A stretch of DNA of 64,000 bases from positions 44,898 to 108,897 of the IMG/VR virus record IMGVR_UViG_3300007747_000009. One strand, given 5' to 3'. Shown here piece by piece: positions 19,899 through 29,865 of the stretch. The notes under the pieces are model-generated. The model did not search any database, had not been told where the DNA came from, and worked only from the letters and a program-made list of their open reading frames with translations. The stretch comes from a virus (Duplodnaviria > Caudoviricetes). The position numbers and the translations under genes are program-made. Numbering within the stretch: position 1 is the first letter of the stretch; the number at the start of each line of letters is the position of its first letter.

Positions 19899-20492
19899 AT
19901 GATTGATTTCAAAAATTTATACCATATGATAAATTGTAGTTTAGATGCAATGGAAGAAGGTAAATTTGTTAGTGACATCTTTGAACATTCAGTAATTGAT
20001 TCTAATAATATAACTCATAGACATAAACTTGTGTATATAAAAAGCAAAGATAAATTATCCCCGCTTTATTCATATAGGTCGAATAGTGCTAGTACTAAAT
20101 CTTTTAATTATACAATTGAAGAATACAATAAAGACGCATCACACTATCCCGCAACCGATACCAATTTATATATTTCGATGGATAAAGATTACAAATCATT
20201 CGCGTTGTATCCGAATAAACTAGATGATATTAAAGTAACACTAGTTGAAAATAATATGGTTCAGGCTGAATTAAATTTGAACGATCTACTTCACGAAGAA
20301 TATCATTTTCAAACTAGTACTATATATAATCTTCCTAGCTATGATTTATTGTATGATTTTTCTAAAATGATACAGAAATTAAGAGGGAGATTATTAAACA
20401 AAAACTATAAAATAGTAGGGAGATTGCCTACTGTGATAACCAATAACTATTCAGAAGAATTTCTTACAAAAATAATAAGGATTAACTCGTGA
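19899..20492 (+). CDS. FQ-motif paralog family protein
   Basis: EEYHFQTSTIYNLPSYDLL; close paralog of 19314..19898. Confidence 0.8.
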   Translation: MIDFKNLYHMINCSLDAMEEGKFVSDIFEHSVIDSNNITHRHKLVYIKSKDKLSPLYSYRSNSASTKSFNYTIEEYNKDASHYPATDTNLYISMDKDYKSFALYPNKLDDIKVTLVENNMVQAELNLNDLLHEEYHFQTSTIYNLPSYDLLYDFSKMIQKLRGRLLNKNYKIVGRLPTVITNNYSEEFLTKIIRINS

Positions 20493-21013
20493 CCAATAGA
20501 GATGTTAAATCAATGGTGGTGTACCTTCATGATCTTTATCTTGAATCATTAACGAATACCGATCCTTTCCATGAAGAGATTATTGGTACATGTAAATTAT
20601 CAGTAACACACAAACAATGTACTATCACGGAACAAAGTCCCGTTAAAATGAAAATAGCACTACTAGATGGAATTAGTGATATCTATTCAAAAATATTCTG
20701 TAATAAGTCATTTCCTAGTATAGTTATTTCTCCGGGGTCGTACAATAAGGTGGTTATTATGGGGGGTGAATTGAAAAAGCACAAACCCGTAGGTACTGAA
20801 TCTGATGATATAACCATTGATATTATGAATTTGGATGAATCTATGTTATTTCAACTAAGTACTGTAAGAGAAATTCCAGACATTTCGGTATTCGAAAAGA
20901 TACAAAAATATTATGAATCTCTTTATAAATTTTGTTCCATGTACAAAAAAACTCTTATTTTAAATCTTTCAATGAATTGGGACGATATTTTTAGCACAGG
21001 AGAAGAGAAATGA
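20489..21013 (+). CDS. FQ-motif paralog family protein
   Basis: ESMLFQLSTVREIPDISVF. Confidence 0.8.
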   Translation: MTNRDVKSMVVYLHDLYLESLTNTDPFHEEIIGTCKLSVTHKQCTITEQSPVKMKIALLDGISDIYSKIFCNKSFPSIVISPGSYNKVVIMGGELKKHKPVGTESDDITIDIMNLDESMLFQLSTVREIPDISVFEKIQKYYESLYKFCSMYKKTLILNLSMNWDDIFSTGEEK

Positions 21014-21660
21014 AAAATATACAATCTTTATTATTTTATTTTGAAATGATCAATCAATGGCGTGGATTTTCAAATATGCAGAGCATATTTTCACTAACCC
21101 CTAGTGTCAAATATGCTAAGATGTTTGACGAAGTATATTACGGTTTAAGTCATGAACAAAGTAAGTACGAACTATATATTACTTCTAATAAAAATACTGG
21201 TGCTATTGGTTTTATGGTTGAAGACAGGGATTTAAACGCTCCAGTACTATTTGGTAATCTTCAGGATTGGGGAAATTCTACTAGAATGTATCCAGAATGG
21301 ATGAAGGTTCAAATGGAATCAACACAATTAGCTTTTTATGATAAAAATAATAAAATAATAATGAACGTAGATCCTGAAATATTGGAAGAAGAACACTTCC
21401 AACTAATGATGATTCATGATTTACCACCATTCGAAACATTACATAAAGCAATTGATGTTAATAATTACTTACGACCAATAGCTAAGAAACACAAAATTGG
21501 ATTTTCAATAGATTATGCACATCTAGATATGGACTTTACTTATTTTTTTCCTAGTAATAAAGCATTCGATATTATCGATTCTGTATATGGTAATGCATTA
21601 CAATTATATTATGAGGCAGAAGAACATGGCAATCCCTTCAACTACTACGTTATATCATGA
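21010..21660 (+). CDS. FQ-motif paralog family protein
   Basis: EEEHFQLMMIHDLPPFETL. Confidence 0.8.
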   Translation: MKNIQSLLFYFEMINQWRGFSNMQSIFSLTPSVKYAKMFDEVYYGLSHEQSKYELYITSNKNTGAIGFMVEDRDLNAPVLFGNLQDWGNSTRMYPEWMKVQMESTQLAFYDKNNKIIMNVDPEILEEEHFQLMMIHDLPPFETLHKAIDVNNYLRPIAKKHKIGFSIDYAHLDMDFTYFFPSNKAFDIIDSVYGNALQLYYEAEEHGNPFNYYVIS

Positions 21661-22777
21661 GTTATTAGAACTTTGTAACAAAAATGAAGCATTTTATTTT
21701 AATGATTCAGTATCAAAAGGTGGTGGTAAATATCGCACCTTTACATACCGGTTAGCATCATATACTGACTTCTTACAGCCAAGTGCTTTGAGTTGTCGTG
21801 GTACTATGTTTGAAATCGATGAAAACGGTAATACAATCCGTATGGCATGTCGTACTCCACAGAAATTTTTCAATGCGTACGAAAATCCTATGGTCATGTT
21901 CCCTACCGATTTACTCAGTACTGAAATCACCCTCGCAATGGATAAACGTGACGGTTCTATTATCAGTACTTTTATGGATAATGATAAAGTTATCCGTACT
22001 AAGTCTCAAACATCGATGCACAGCGAACATGCGGTGAATTCTACGGCTTTAATCCACGCCGATGATGAATTGCACCAAGGAATCATTGAAGCTGACAGCG
22101 AGGGTTATACGGTGAATTTGGAATATACTTCCCCTGAGTTCAGAATTGTGTTACCATATCAAACTGATGAATTGGTGGTATTAAATCTACGTCACCGCGA
22201 AACGGGTGAGCTATTGGCAGGTGAAGAGTTAAAAGCTCGTTTCCCTGTTCTATACAACAAATCAGTATTTTCTTTGTATGGAAATATTGACAAAACCTTC
22301 CCGATGTGTAATACTATCAGGGAATCTGTTGATGCAGTTTTCCGTATGACTGATATCGAGGGTTTTGTCGTGCAACTTAAAGATGGAACCATGTTTAAGA
22401 TCAAGACTGATTGGTATTGTGCATTACACTTCCGAAAGGATAGTATTAATGTGGATTCCCGATTATATGAAGTAGTACTAGTAGGTGCATCAGATGATTT
22501 ACGTCAAATGTTTGCAACTGATCAGTACTGTCTTGATAAAATTGCACGAATGGAAAAGCTAGTATTTTCAACATACAATCATTTACAAACTGAAGTTGAA
22601 GAGTTTGTGGAGAAGTACAAAAAACTTGGTCGAAAAGATTTTGCATTACAGGTACAACTGGATTTGTCCAAAAAACTCAATCGTCAAGGATTAGCTTTTG
22701 CACTATATAATGGCAAGAAAGTTGATTACAAAGAAGTAATGTTGAAGTACATGAGAGATGTGTTAGAAAACTTCTAA
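21626..22777 (+). CDS. rnlA: RNA ligase 1 (T4 RnlA family)
   Basis: YRLASY, CRG, KFFN, KRDGS (motif I), EGFVV, KIKTDWY. Confidence 0.9.
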   Translation: MAIPSTTTLYHELLELCNKNEAFYFNDSVSKGGGKYRTFTYRLASYTDFLQPSALSCRGTMFEIDENGNTIRMACRTPQKFFNAYENPMVMFPTDLLSTEITLAMDKRDGSIISTFMDNDKVIRTKSQTSMHSEHAVNSTALIHADDELHQGIIEADSEGYTVNLEYTSPEFRIVLPYQTDELVVLNLRHRETGELLAGEELKARFPVLYNKSVFSLYGNIDKTFPMCNTIRESVDAVFRMTDIEGFVVQLKDGTMFKIKTDWYCALHFRKDSINVDSRLYEVVLVGASDDLRQMFATDQYCLDKIARMEKLVFSTYNHLQTEVEEFVEKYKKLGRKDFALQVQLDLSKKLNRQGLAFALYNGKKVDYKEVMLKYMRDVLENF

Positions 22778-22804
22778 TACATTAAGCCAAGACATGGAGA
22801 AGTT

Positions 22805-23068
22805 ATGGCTAACACAAAATATAAACTTGCTAAAGGGGCTGTTCGCACACCAGAAGAACATAGAAAAGTACTACAAGAAATTGACGCATTACAGTCATCA
22901 AGATCCTTACAAGGGGTTAAGAAGAGTAAAAAGCGTATAGCCAATACATTTGGTGTAAGTAGTACTATGTATAAGAAGGATCACAAGCCCAAGAAGCCGA
23001 AACAAGAAAGAATCTATGATAAAAATAGATTCATTCAAAACATGGGGAGAACAGACTACCGTGACTAA
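22805..23068 (+). CDS. Small basic hypothetical protein
   Basis: 87 aa; SD GGAG. Confidence 0.7.
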   Translation: MANTKYKLAKGAVRTPEEHRKVLQEIDALQSSRSLQGVKKSKKRIANTFGVSSTMYKKDHKPKKPKQERIYDKNRFIQNMGRTDYRD

Positions 23069-23288
23069 TCAAACTGTATCAGTACTAACCATCAATTATC
23101 ACGATGAAAAATGGTTTTGCATTGAATCACGTGCTGGTTGTAAGTATAACGATATGCAAGATATTTACAATCATTGTATTGGAATTGGTAATAAGATTTT
23201 CAGTATAAACAATAATTTGTACTTTGATTCGGAAGCATTTTTCAATATAGATTTAATGTTTTCTACATACGACTTTATCACAATTTAG
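23016..23288 (+). CDS. Hypothetical protein
   Basis: 90 aa; start uncertain. Confidence 0.55.
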   Translation: MIKIDSFKTWGEQTTVTNQTVSVLTINYHDEKWFCIESRAGCKYNDMQDIYNHCIGIGNKIFSINNNLYFDSEAFFNIDLMFSTYDFITI

Positions 23289-23299
23289 GAGAAGTAATC

Positions 23300-23569
23300 A
23301 TGAAATTATATGTAACTCACAGTATCATTCGCGATATGTCCGTAGTTAAATTTTTCTCATTAGATGATTATCGTCGTTGTATAGCTTTCTTGCATAAAGA
23401 GAAGCAGGAATGGATCCCATTAAAATATAGTTCAAAAAATAACACAGCCAGTATTCGGGTAGGTGAAGTTGAATTGAATTGTATTATCAATAAATTTGGA
23501 GATAAACAAAATGCCAGTACTAACACTAACAGTGGGACTACCGGGTTGCGGGAAGACGACGTGGGCTAA
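23300..23569 (+). CDS. Hypothetical protein
   Basis: 89 aa; SD AGGAG. Confidence 0.65.
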   Translation: MKLYVTHSIIRDMSVVKFFSLDDYRRCIAFLHKEKQEWIPLKYSSKNNTASIRVGEVELNCIINKFGDKQNASTNTNSGTTGLREDDVG

Positions 23570-24440
23570 CGAACAAGTTCGCACTGCAAAATCTAAAACC
23601 GTAAACGTCAACCTTGATGACGTTCGCCAGACAATGGCAGGTACACATAGTAACTACAAATTCCGTAAAGATAACGAAGAGTACGTACGTTCGGTACAGT
23701 GCAGTTCAGCGGAATATGCAGTTCAAAATAAATGGAACATCGTTGTATCTGACACAAACTTGAATCCTGAAGTACGCAAGAAATGGAAAGAGTTCGCAAC
23801 GGAACACGGATATACTTACAAAGAACATAACTTTTTTACAGAGTACAAGAAAGATAAAACTTTTGAACACGAATTCTTTGCTATCAAAGGCTTCGTTAAA
23901 CAATGTAAAGAACGTAACCTTCTTCGTGAGAAATCAGTACCTGAATCAGTAATCGATGATATGGCAGAAAAGTACTTGTACACTTTTGATAAAGTTATGA
24001 ATACTCCCGAAGTACTTGCTAGTACTGAAGAATATATCATCGTTGATGTTGATGGTACGGTTGCACACATGCATAACCGTAGTCCTTACAACGAAACCAA
24101 AGTCCGTGATGATCTTCCAGATCCTGAAGTAATCCTTTCAGTACTAGCTGAAAAGAACTACTTGGGTCGTAAGGTTATCGTGTTCAGTGGTCGTAAAGAA
24201 GCAACGATGGAAGATACGAAAGCATGGTTCAACGATCATAATGTTCCATATGACTTTATGTTCATGAGGGCAACCGATGACAACCGCAGTGATGATATCG
24301 TAAAATATGAGTTGTATATGCAGCATGTTTATGGTAAGCTTAACGTTGTTAAAGTTTATGATGACCGGGAAAAAGTTTGCCAAATGTGGAGAGAATTAAT
24401 CGGTCTTAAAGTCTTTCAAGTTGAGCCGGGGAAATTTTAG
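23511..24440 (+). CDS. pseT: Polynucleotide 5'-kinase/3'-phosphatase
   Basis: P-loop GLPGCGKT, SDTNL; HAD motifs DVDGT, SGR, YDDR. Confidence 0.92.
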   Translation: MPVLTLTVGLPGCGKTTWANEQVRTAKSKTVNVNLDDVRQTMAGTHSNYKFRKDNEEYVRSVQCSSAEYAVQNKWNIVVSDTNLNPEVRKKWKEFATEHGYTYKEHNFFTEYKKDKTFEHEFFAIKGFVKQCKERNLLREKSVPESVIDDMAEKYLYTFDKVMNTPEVLASTEEYIIVDVDGTVAHMHNRSPYNETKVRDDLPDPEVILSVLAEKNYLGRKVIVFSGRKEATMEDTKAWFNDHNVPYDFMFMRATDDNRSDDIVKYELYMQHVYGKLNVVKVYDDREKVCQMWRELIGLKVFQVEPGKF

Positions 24441-25093
24441 TTTTTAAATTTACATTTATTAAAATGGTAGCGGGTCATGTTTGGTCCCGCACCATTCTTT
24501 AAGCAATGTGGACATTCTTGTGTTGGGAACACCCGACCATTATTAGCAGCACTAATTTTAGCTTTAGCTTCATCTGATGTTTTCTTACCGAGTCTGGATG
24601 GAACCCATAAAGGATTATTTTCTCTCTTTTCCTTCATTGAACGTTTAGCTTCATCTGACAACTTAACACCAGATTTAGTACTGCTAATCTTTTTCTTTGT
24701 CTCTTCAGTTATAACTTGTTTAGCACGAGCAGCTTTCAACTTAGCTATATGTTCAGGTGATAATTTTCTACCTGTCATACCACGAGATTGTGGTCTGTTT
24801 GAATTATAATTACGCTTAATCCATCCAAATAATTTATTATTATTACGTCTACCATTTGGTTCGATAGTCATCATAAACAAAGCATACTTAAGACCTTTAT
24901 GCTCTGGGTAAATTTTAACCAATAACTGGTGTGCTAAAAAGTGTTCTTCCGGTGTTAATGCTACCATATTATCTTTTGTATCAGCTCCACCAAAACATTT
25001 AGGAATGATGTGGTGTTTTTCTGTGTACTGATTTTCTAATAAATTTGTTTTTCTTTTATTCATCAGATTATCATAGATTTTATTGTAATTCAT
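24437..25093 (-). CDS. Free-standing HNH homing endonuclease with NUMOD3-like repeats
   Basis: EKHHIIPKCFGG..N..LTPEEHFLAH; repeats SEETKKKIS-like; C-terminal CPHC. Confidence 0.85.
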   Translation of the reverse strand: MNYNKIYDNLMNKRKTNLLENQYTEKHHIIPKCFGGADTKDNMVALTPEEHFLAHQLLVKIYPEHKGLKYALFMMTIEPNGRRNNNKLFGWIKRNYNSNRPQSRGMTGRKLSPEHIAKLKAARAKQVITEETKKKISSTKSGVKLSDEAKRSMKEKRENNPLWVPSRLGKKTSDEAKAKISAANNGRVFPTQECPHCLKNGAGPNMTRYHFNKCKFKN

Positions 25094-25144
25094 GTAATTC
25101 TCCTGTATAATCTGTATTTACACATTAATTTAAGTGAGGGATAT

Positions 25145-25615
25145 ATGATCGATTTTCATCAAAGTGTTCGTAAGTTTGAAGTACTACAAAGTTTTCAATT
25201 AGCCCTAGAGTACCATATTGTAAAATACATTTTTGGTCTTAAGACTAGCTCTGGGATAATTTATTCATATAAATGGATCTCAAATGGTCAGAGATTTGAA
25301 ATACTTGCAAGTGATGAAAATGGTTATTTATCCGCGTACAGCGAACTTCCGTCTGAGTTGGAATTTATATCTGGATTACATTTGGACATACAAAAAATAA
25401 TTAACAAAATGAACATTATTATAGGTAATTTAAATGATAAAGTTATAGGTCTTAAATTGGTTAAACTAAAAGATAATGAAATTATCAATACAGCAAGAAT
25501 TGATAATGTTTTTTTTAATACAAGTAGTACTTTAAATTTTCTTATGAATGTTAGTACTGGATCTTTTTATTGTACCTATGGGCAACTTATGAAGGAATGG
25601 AAGTTTGTATGGTAG
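25145..25615 (+). CDS. Hypothetical protein
   Basis: 156 aa; SD GAGG. Confidence 0.7.
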   Translation: MIDFHQSVRKFEVLQSFQLALEYHIVKYIFGLKTSSGIIYSYKWISNGQRFEILASDENGYLSAYSELPSELEFISGLHLDIQKIINKMNIIIGNLNDKVIGLKLVKLKDNEIINTARIDNVFFNTSSTLNFLMNVSTGSFYCTYGQLMKEWKFVW

Positions 25616-26130
25616 AAGATGATTATCTATTAAAAAAATATTATACTCTATTTAAGTTTCAAAAAGAGTTAATAGCCAATACGTGCAATTGTATTACAAA
25701 CATGAATCTCAAAAATGTTGATGATCCAAGTATGGAAATAGTAAAATGTGTTAATATCACACTTAATACTGATGATATTAAATTGATATTGATGGTGAGA
25801 ATACATTTAGATACTTCTGGTTATGGATTTCAACCACAATTTAACCAAATTGTTTTATATTTTCCATATAGACAGTTTCCAGAAGTAGCAGAATGCATTG
25901 ATGTATTATTTTCGATTGAATTAGAAATTATAAAATTAAAATATGAAATAAAATCTAAGTACTTGTATCGTGAGTTTATAAACAACAAAAATGAAATTAA
26001 GAAAATAACTTCTATATATTTTAATGATCGTATTGAGTTTTGTTATCGAGAAGAACATCCATCAGCAGTCACACTTAGTATAAATTTAAAAGAGTATACA
26101 CTATATGATCCAACATCCCTTAATAAGTAA
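25609..26130 (+). CDS. Hypothetical protein
   Basis: Overlaps neighbours; weak similarity to flanking genes. Confidence 0.7.
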   Translation: MVEDDYLLKKYYTLFKFQKELIANTCNCITNMNLKNVDDPSMEIVKCVNITLNTDDIKLILMVRIHLDTSGYGFQPQFNQIVLYFPYRQFPEVAECIDVLFSIELEIIKLKYEIKSKYLYREFINNKNEIKKITSIYFNDRIEFCYREEHPSAVTLSINLKEYTLYDPTSLNK

Positions 26131-26575
26131 ACATGATTCTCTATATTCATTTTATTCCTCGTACGTTAGTAACATTAATAAAGCAACACGAGAATATATA
26201 ATGAAACATAATAAGTTTGATATTATTACTGTTTATGGTATTCAATGGAAAAATGATACATTGGTAGTGTATTGTAATATACCAGATCCTAAGATACCTA
26301 AAGCTAGACTAGTTCGTTATTTTGACATAAATGAATTCGATCAAAAATGCATTGACTACCATATGGATATATGTAAAAGTAAAATTGCAATATCAAAAGA
26401 ATTGTCAAAATTAGAAGAAGAAATAACTCAAGAATTTGTAGGTAAAAAGTTGCAAGTAATAAGTACTGGTGAAATTAGAGTTATAACACGTATAGATTTT
26501 ACAAATCAAATTCATTTTATAGTATATAATTCAGAGGTAGATCTAATTCCATCTGAATGTAATATGATTGATTAG
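26105..26575 (+). CDS. Hypothetical protein
   Basis: 156 aa. Confidence 0.7.
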   Translation: MIQHPLISKHDSLYSFYSSYVSNINKATREYIMKHNKFDIITVYGIQWKNDTLVVYCNIPDPKIPKARLVRYFDINEFDQKCIDYHMDICKSKIAISKELSKLEEEITQEFVGKKLQVISTGEIRVITRIDFTNQIHFIVYNSEVDLIPSECNMID

Positions 26576-26584
26576 GACTATTTT

Positions 26585-26845
26585 ATGAAAGATTTAGAAC
26601 TAGAATTGTCACATTTAAAAATGTTACACCTATTATATCACACATATTCAAATGAACTAATGGAAAAATACCGTTCATGTACAAAATTTAAATGGAAAGA
26701 GTCGTCATATAACGATACCGATACATATTATGAAATTTTAGATTTTATAGTAGATGATGACGATGAAGAAATATATATTAGATATAAACACGGAAACCAC
26801 ACATATTCAGTACTACTAAATGATGTTGATTTGTTTATAAAATAA
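26585..26845 (+). CDS. Hypothetical protein
   Basis: 86 aa; SD AGGA. Confidence 0.7.
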   Translation: MKDLELELSHLKMLHLLYHTYSNELMEKYRSCTKFKWKESSYNDTDTYYEILDFIVDDDDEEIYIRYKHGNHTYSVLLNDVDLFIK

Positions 26846-26858
26846 CAGAAGGTAATAA

Positions 26859-27194
26859 ATGATTAAATCAAGAAATGAGTTCGAAGAACTAATGGAAGAA
26901 CTAAGCTATACTAACTTTATTAGTAATAGTTATAACAGAACAGAATTTGTTAATACAGTTGGATTTATTAATGATGTACTAAACAATATGTACTTCAATG
27001 AAAATACAGAAAACCCAATGGACGATCCTGATATCATTGCTATGATGCAAGATTTACATGAAGGAGTTCACGTACCGGATGGAGATTACTTAATGGATAG
27101 TGTTGAATATCTATTGGTATCGTTACGAGAAGGTGATAAAATCAATGCATTCGGGAGTGAAGGTTGGGTCCAACTTCTAGGATGGTATGAATGA
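26859..27194 (+). CDS. Hypothetical acidic protein
   Basis: 111 aa; SD AAGGT. Confidence 0.7.
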   Translation: MIKSRNEFEELMEELSYTNFISNSYNRTEFVNTVGFINDVLNNMYFNENTENPMDDPDIIAMMQDLHEGVHVPDGDYLMDSVEYLLVSLREGDKINAFGSEGWVQLLGWYE

Positions 27195-27418
27195 TTATAG
27201 TTGACATTTTTTTCTGGTATGCTATTATTGCAGTTGTAATATGCATTTTTTCACTAATAAGTGAATTCTTGCATTCTGACCCTTCATACTCATTACTCAG
27301 TGTAGCTCTTATGGTTCTTTGTTCAATTAGTTGGCCTATTATTTTATGTTTCATTATATGGGACACTACATATAATGTGGGATCGTACCTATTACATAAA
27401 ATGAGTAAAGTAAAATGA
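27191..27418 (+). CDS. Small membrane protein
   Basis: Two TM segments ending SWPIIL. Confidence 0.7.
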   Translation: MIIVDIFFWYAIIAVVICIFSLISEFLHSDPSYSLLSVALMVLCSISWPIILCFIIWDTTYNVGSYLLHKMSKVK

Positions 27419-27684
27419 GCATACTTACAATTATAGTACTAGTATGGGTTGTTGGATTTATTGGTGCAATTGGTGTAGTACTAAAAGATTATCAATCATA
27501 CAAAAGAGATGTTTTACTAACAGAATTTTTAATAGACATGTTAATTGTATTAATAACATGGCCTTGTATCATTCACTATATAATTCAATATACATATAAC
27601 GCCGTTATTAGTATATTTGGATTGAAGCCATATAAATTTAAAATCATAACAATTTTCAAATATAAAGGAAAAGATAATGAGTAA
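27415..27684 (+). CDS. Small membrane protein
   Basis: Two TM segments ending TWPCII. Confidence 0.7.
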   Translation: MSILTIIVLVWVVGFIGAIGVVLKDYQSYKRDVLLTEFLIDMLIVLITWPCIIHYIIQYTYNAVISIFGLKPYKFKIITIFKYKGKDNE

Positions 27685-27898
27685 GAAAGATATTGAACAA
27701 GAAGTTAAACTACGCATTGAAGAGATTGAAGTTAAACTAAAAGAACTAACTAAGATCGCGAATGCAAATGACATTGATTTTTCAATTAACTCACTTAATA
27801 AAGATTTCTATTGTGAAAAATCAATCAGCGATGACGAATACTTGGAAGATTATGCAGGTCAAGGTGGTGCATGGTTGTCTAGTTCAGACTTCTGTTAA
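27677..27898 (+). CDS. Hypothetical protein
   Basis: 73 aa; SD AAGGA; C-terminal WLSSSDFC. Confidence 0.75.
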   Translation: MSKKDIEQEVKLRIEEIEVKLKELTKIANANDIDFSINSLNKDFYCEKSISDDEYLEDYAGQGGAWLSSSDFC

Positions 27899-27958
27899 TA
27901 CAAATGAAAGGGGATTATAATCCCCTTATTAATTTAAGTACTAAAAGGAGATTTCATA

Positions 27959-28849
27959 ATGTTAGCTATCGGTTCATATGCTTTAAAACAATACATCCCA
28001 TCACTAGTACCTTCCGATTTCGATTATATGTGTACTAATATGGATTTAGATGAACAAATTTTATATTTCAGTACCACAAAAGATTTCACTATCAATAAAA
28101 GAACTTCTGATTATTGTCATATTACCAGTGACGGTAAAAATTACGAATACTACATTGCTCACAGTAATAATAGTACTCAGCAGTTAATGGAATATTGTAA
28201 TGCAATGGACTATCATGATGTAATGGCTCCATTAAATGTACTTTATGCAATTAAGCTATCACATCGTTACCTAAGAAACAGTCCACACTTTATCAAGACC
28301 CGTACACATATTCGGGACATGGAAGCGTTGGGTGCTAATATTTCTGATCCAGTTTTGCAGAAAATCCTTGACTTGCGTGAAAAGGAGACGTATAATTACG
28401 ACCACCCAGTACTTAACCAAGCAAAAGATACATTCTTTCAAGACGAAGTTGGATACATTTATGATCACGATACTATTCATGAAGCTATTGCGGTGAAAGA
28501 TAAACCTGCATATAAAAACTACATGAAAGATGGTGCGGATGTAATGGTAGACAAAGATAAGTTCTTTTCACTTCAAGAAGAAACGAAACTCCTAGGGGTA
28601 TATGAGGAAACTTGTGTACTTGCATTGGAGCGTTGTCTTATTCCATTTGAATCTAAAAACATTCGTCCTAAAGATGCGTTTATTGCTGCTCTCATAAAGG
28701 TCTGTACTAGTATTACTTCCGGTTGGTTCCGTGCCTATGCTTATGAAAACTTTTATGAAGTAATCCGCATGTATCGTAACTTAGGTGAAGACGATTTTGT
28801 ACAAAAATATAAAAAGAATTTTCATATGGTTAAGCCATATAAGGAATAA
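27959..28849 (+). CDS. Putative nucleotidyltransferase-fold phage protein
   Basis: IGSYA..PSDFDY (GS..DxD) and YDHDTIHE; SD AAGGAG. Confidence 0.55.
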   Translation: MLAIGSYALKQYIPSLVPSDFDYMCTNMDLDEQILYFSTTKDFTINKRTSDYCHITSDGKNYEYYIAHSNNSTQQLMEYCNAMDYHDVMAPLNVLYAIKLSHRYLRNSPHFIKTRTHIRDMEALGANISDPVLQKILDLREKETYNYDHPVLNQAKDTFFQDEVGYIYDHDTIHEAIAVKDKPAYKNYMKDGADVMVDKDKFFSLQEETKLLGVYEETCVLALERCLIPFESKNIRPKDAFIAALIKVCTSITSGWFRAYAYENFYEVIRMYRNLGEDDFVQKYKKNFHMVKPYKE

Positions 28850-28852
28850 AAA

Positions 28853-29188
28853 ATGAAAGAACAAATAATTTATCACACTGATAGTGGTGAAGCATTTTAT
28901 GATATAGATGAAGCCCAAATTCGTGAACAACTCGATGCATTGAGAGTTAAACAGCGGGAAATATTCAACGAAATTTGTGATATTCAGGAATTGTGTTCAC
29001 ACAATCATATGACTATTGAGACAAAATCCGATACTGGAAACTATGATAGGTCAGATGACTGTTATTGGTTTAATGCAAATTGTCGGGCGTGTGGAAAGAG
29101 CTGGCGTGTTGATCAATCTGAAAACTCTTTAGTACGTGATCGTCATCGTAATAGTCATAAAGACCCGAGGATTATCATCAAAAAATGA
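28853..29188 (+). CDS. Hypothetical protein, possible Zn finger
   Basis: CSH...CRACG. Confidence 0.7.
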   Translation: MKEQIIYHTDSGEAFYDIDEAQIREQLDALRVKQREIFNEICDIQELCSHNHMTIETKSDTGNYDRSDDCYWFNANCRACGKSWRVDQSENSLVRDRHRNSHKDPRIIIKK

Positions 29189-29862
29189 CCAGAGATGAAT
29201 ATGAAAAGATAATTATGGATCGCGAATCTGAAAAGAGAAAGTATGAAATGGATCTTTTGATGAATTATAACAAAACTATTCGCCCTCTTGATATTCAACG
29301 GACTGATACACAGTGCCATATTCGTGATGCACAGTACAGTGAATCATATTCATTACTTCCACAATTAAATTTTGAGGTTAATAATCTAACCAATAAAATC
29401 TTGAATCTTGAAAAGGAAAATGATTCAGACTCTAAACAGAAAATTATAGATGACTTGGAAAATGAAATCTCTTCATTGAAAGCTAATGCTAGGATTGAAT
29501 TGAATCCGTGGGAATACCATACTTCTTCTATTATCAGCGATGAACAGGGGCTACAATCTTATCTACGTTCATATGGTATTAAAAAAGTAGAAACAATGAG
29601 ATCGTATGGCCTAATTTCTTTATATATGTTGACCTCTAATTTTGATTATGAGTGTGGTGCTTATATACTGGAAAAGATTTCCCCATATTTGGGTCCAAGC
29701 AATACTGTGTTATATATTCCTGATAATGCAGCAGTTTCAAACATTCATTTAGAATATGTTCAAACCTTTGATTTATGGCGAGTTGTGATGGATAATTCTG
29801 ATGTTCTAATGGAAGATAAACAATGTGACGAAGTACTTCAGTACTTTAATTTAATAAGGTAA
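29185..29862 (+). CDS. Hypothetical coiled-coil protein
   Basis: 225 aa. Confidence 0.75.
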   Translation: MTRDEYEKIIMDRESEKRKYEMDLLMNYNKTIRPLDIQRTDTQCHIRDAQYSESYSLLPQLNFEVNNLTNKILNLEKENDSDSKQKIIDDLENEISSLKANARIELNPWEYHTSSIISDEQGLQSYLRSYGIKKVETMRSYGLISLYMLTSNFDYECGAYILEKISPYLGPSNTVLYIPDNAAVSNIHLEYVQTFDLWRVVMDNSDVLMEDKQCDEVLQYFNLIR

Positions 29863-29865
29863 TAT

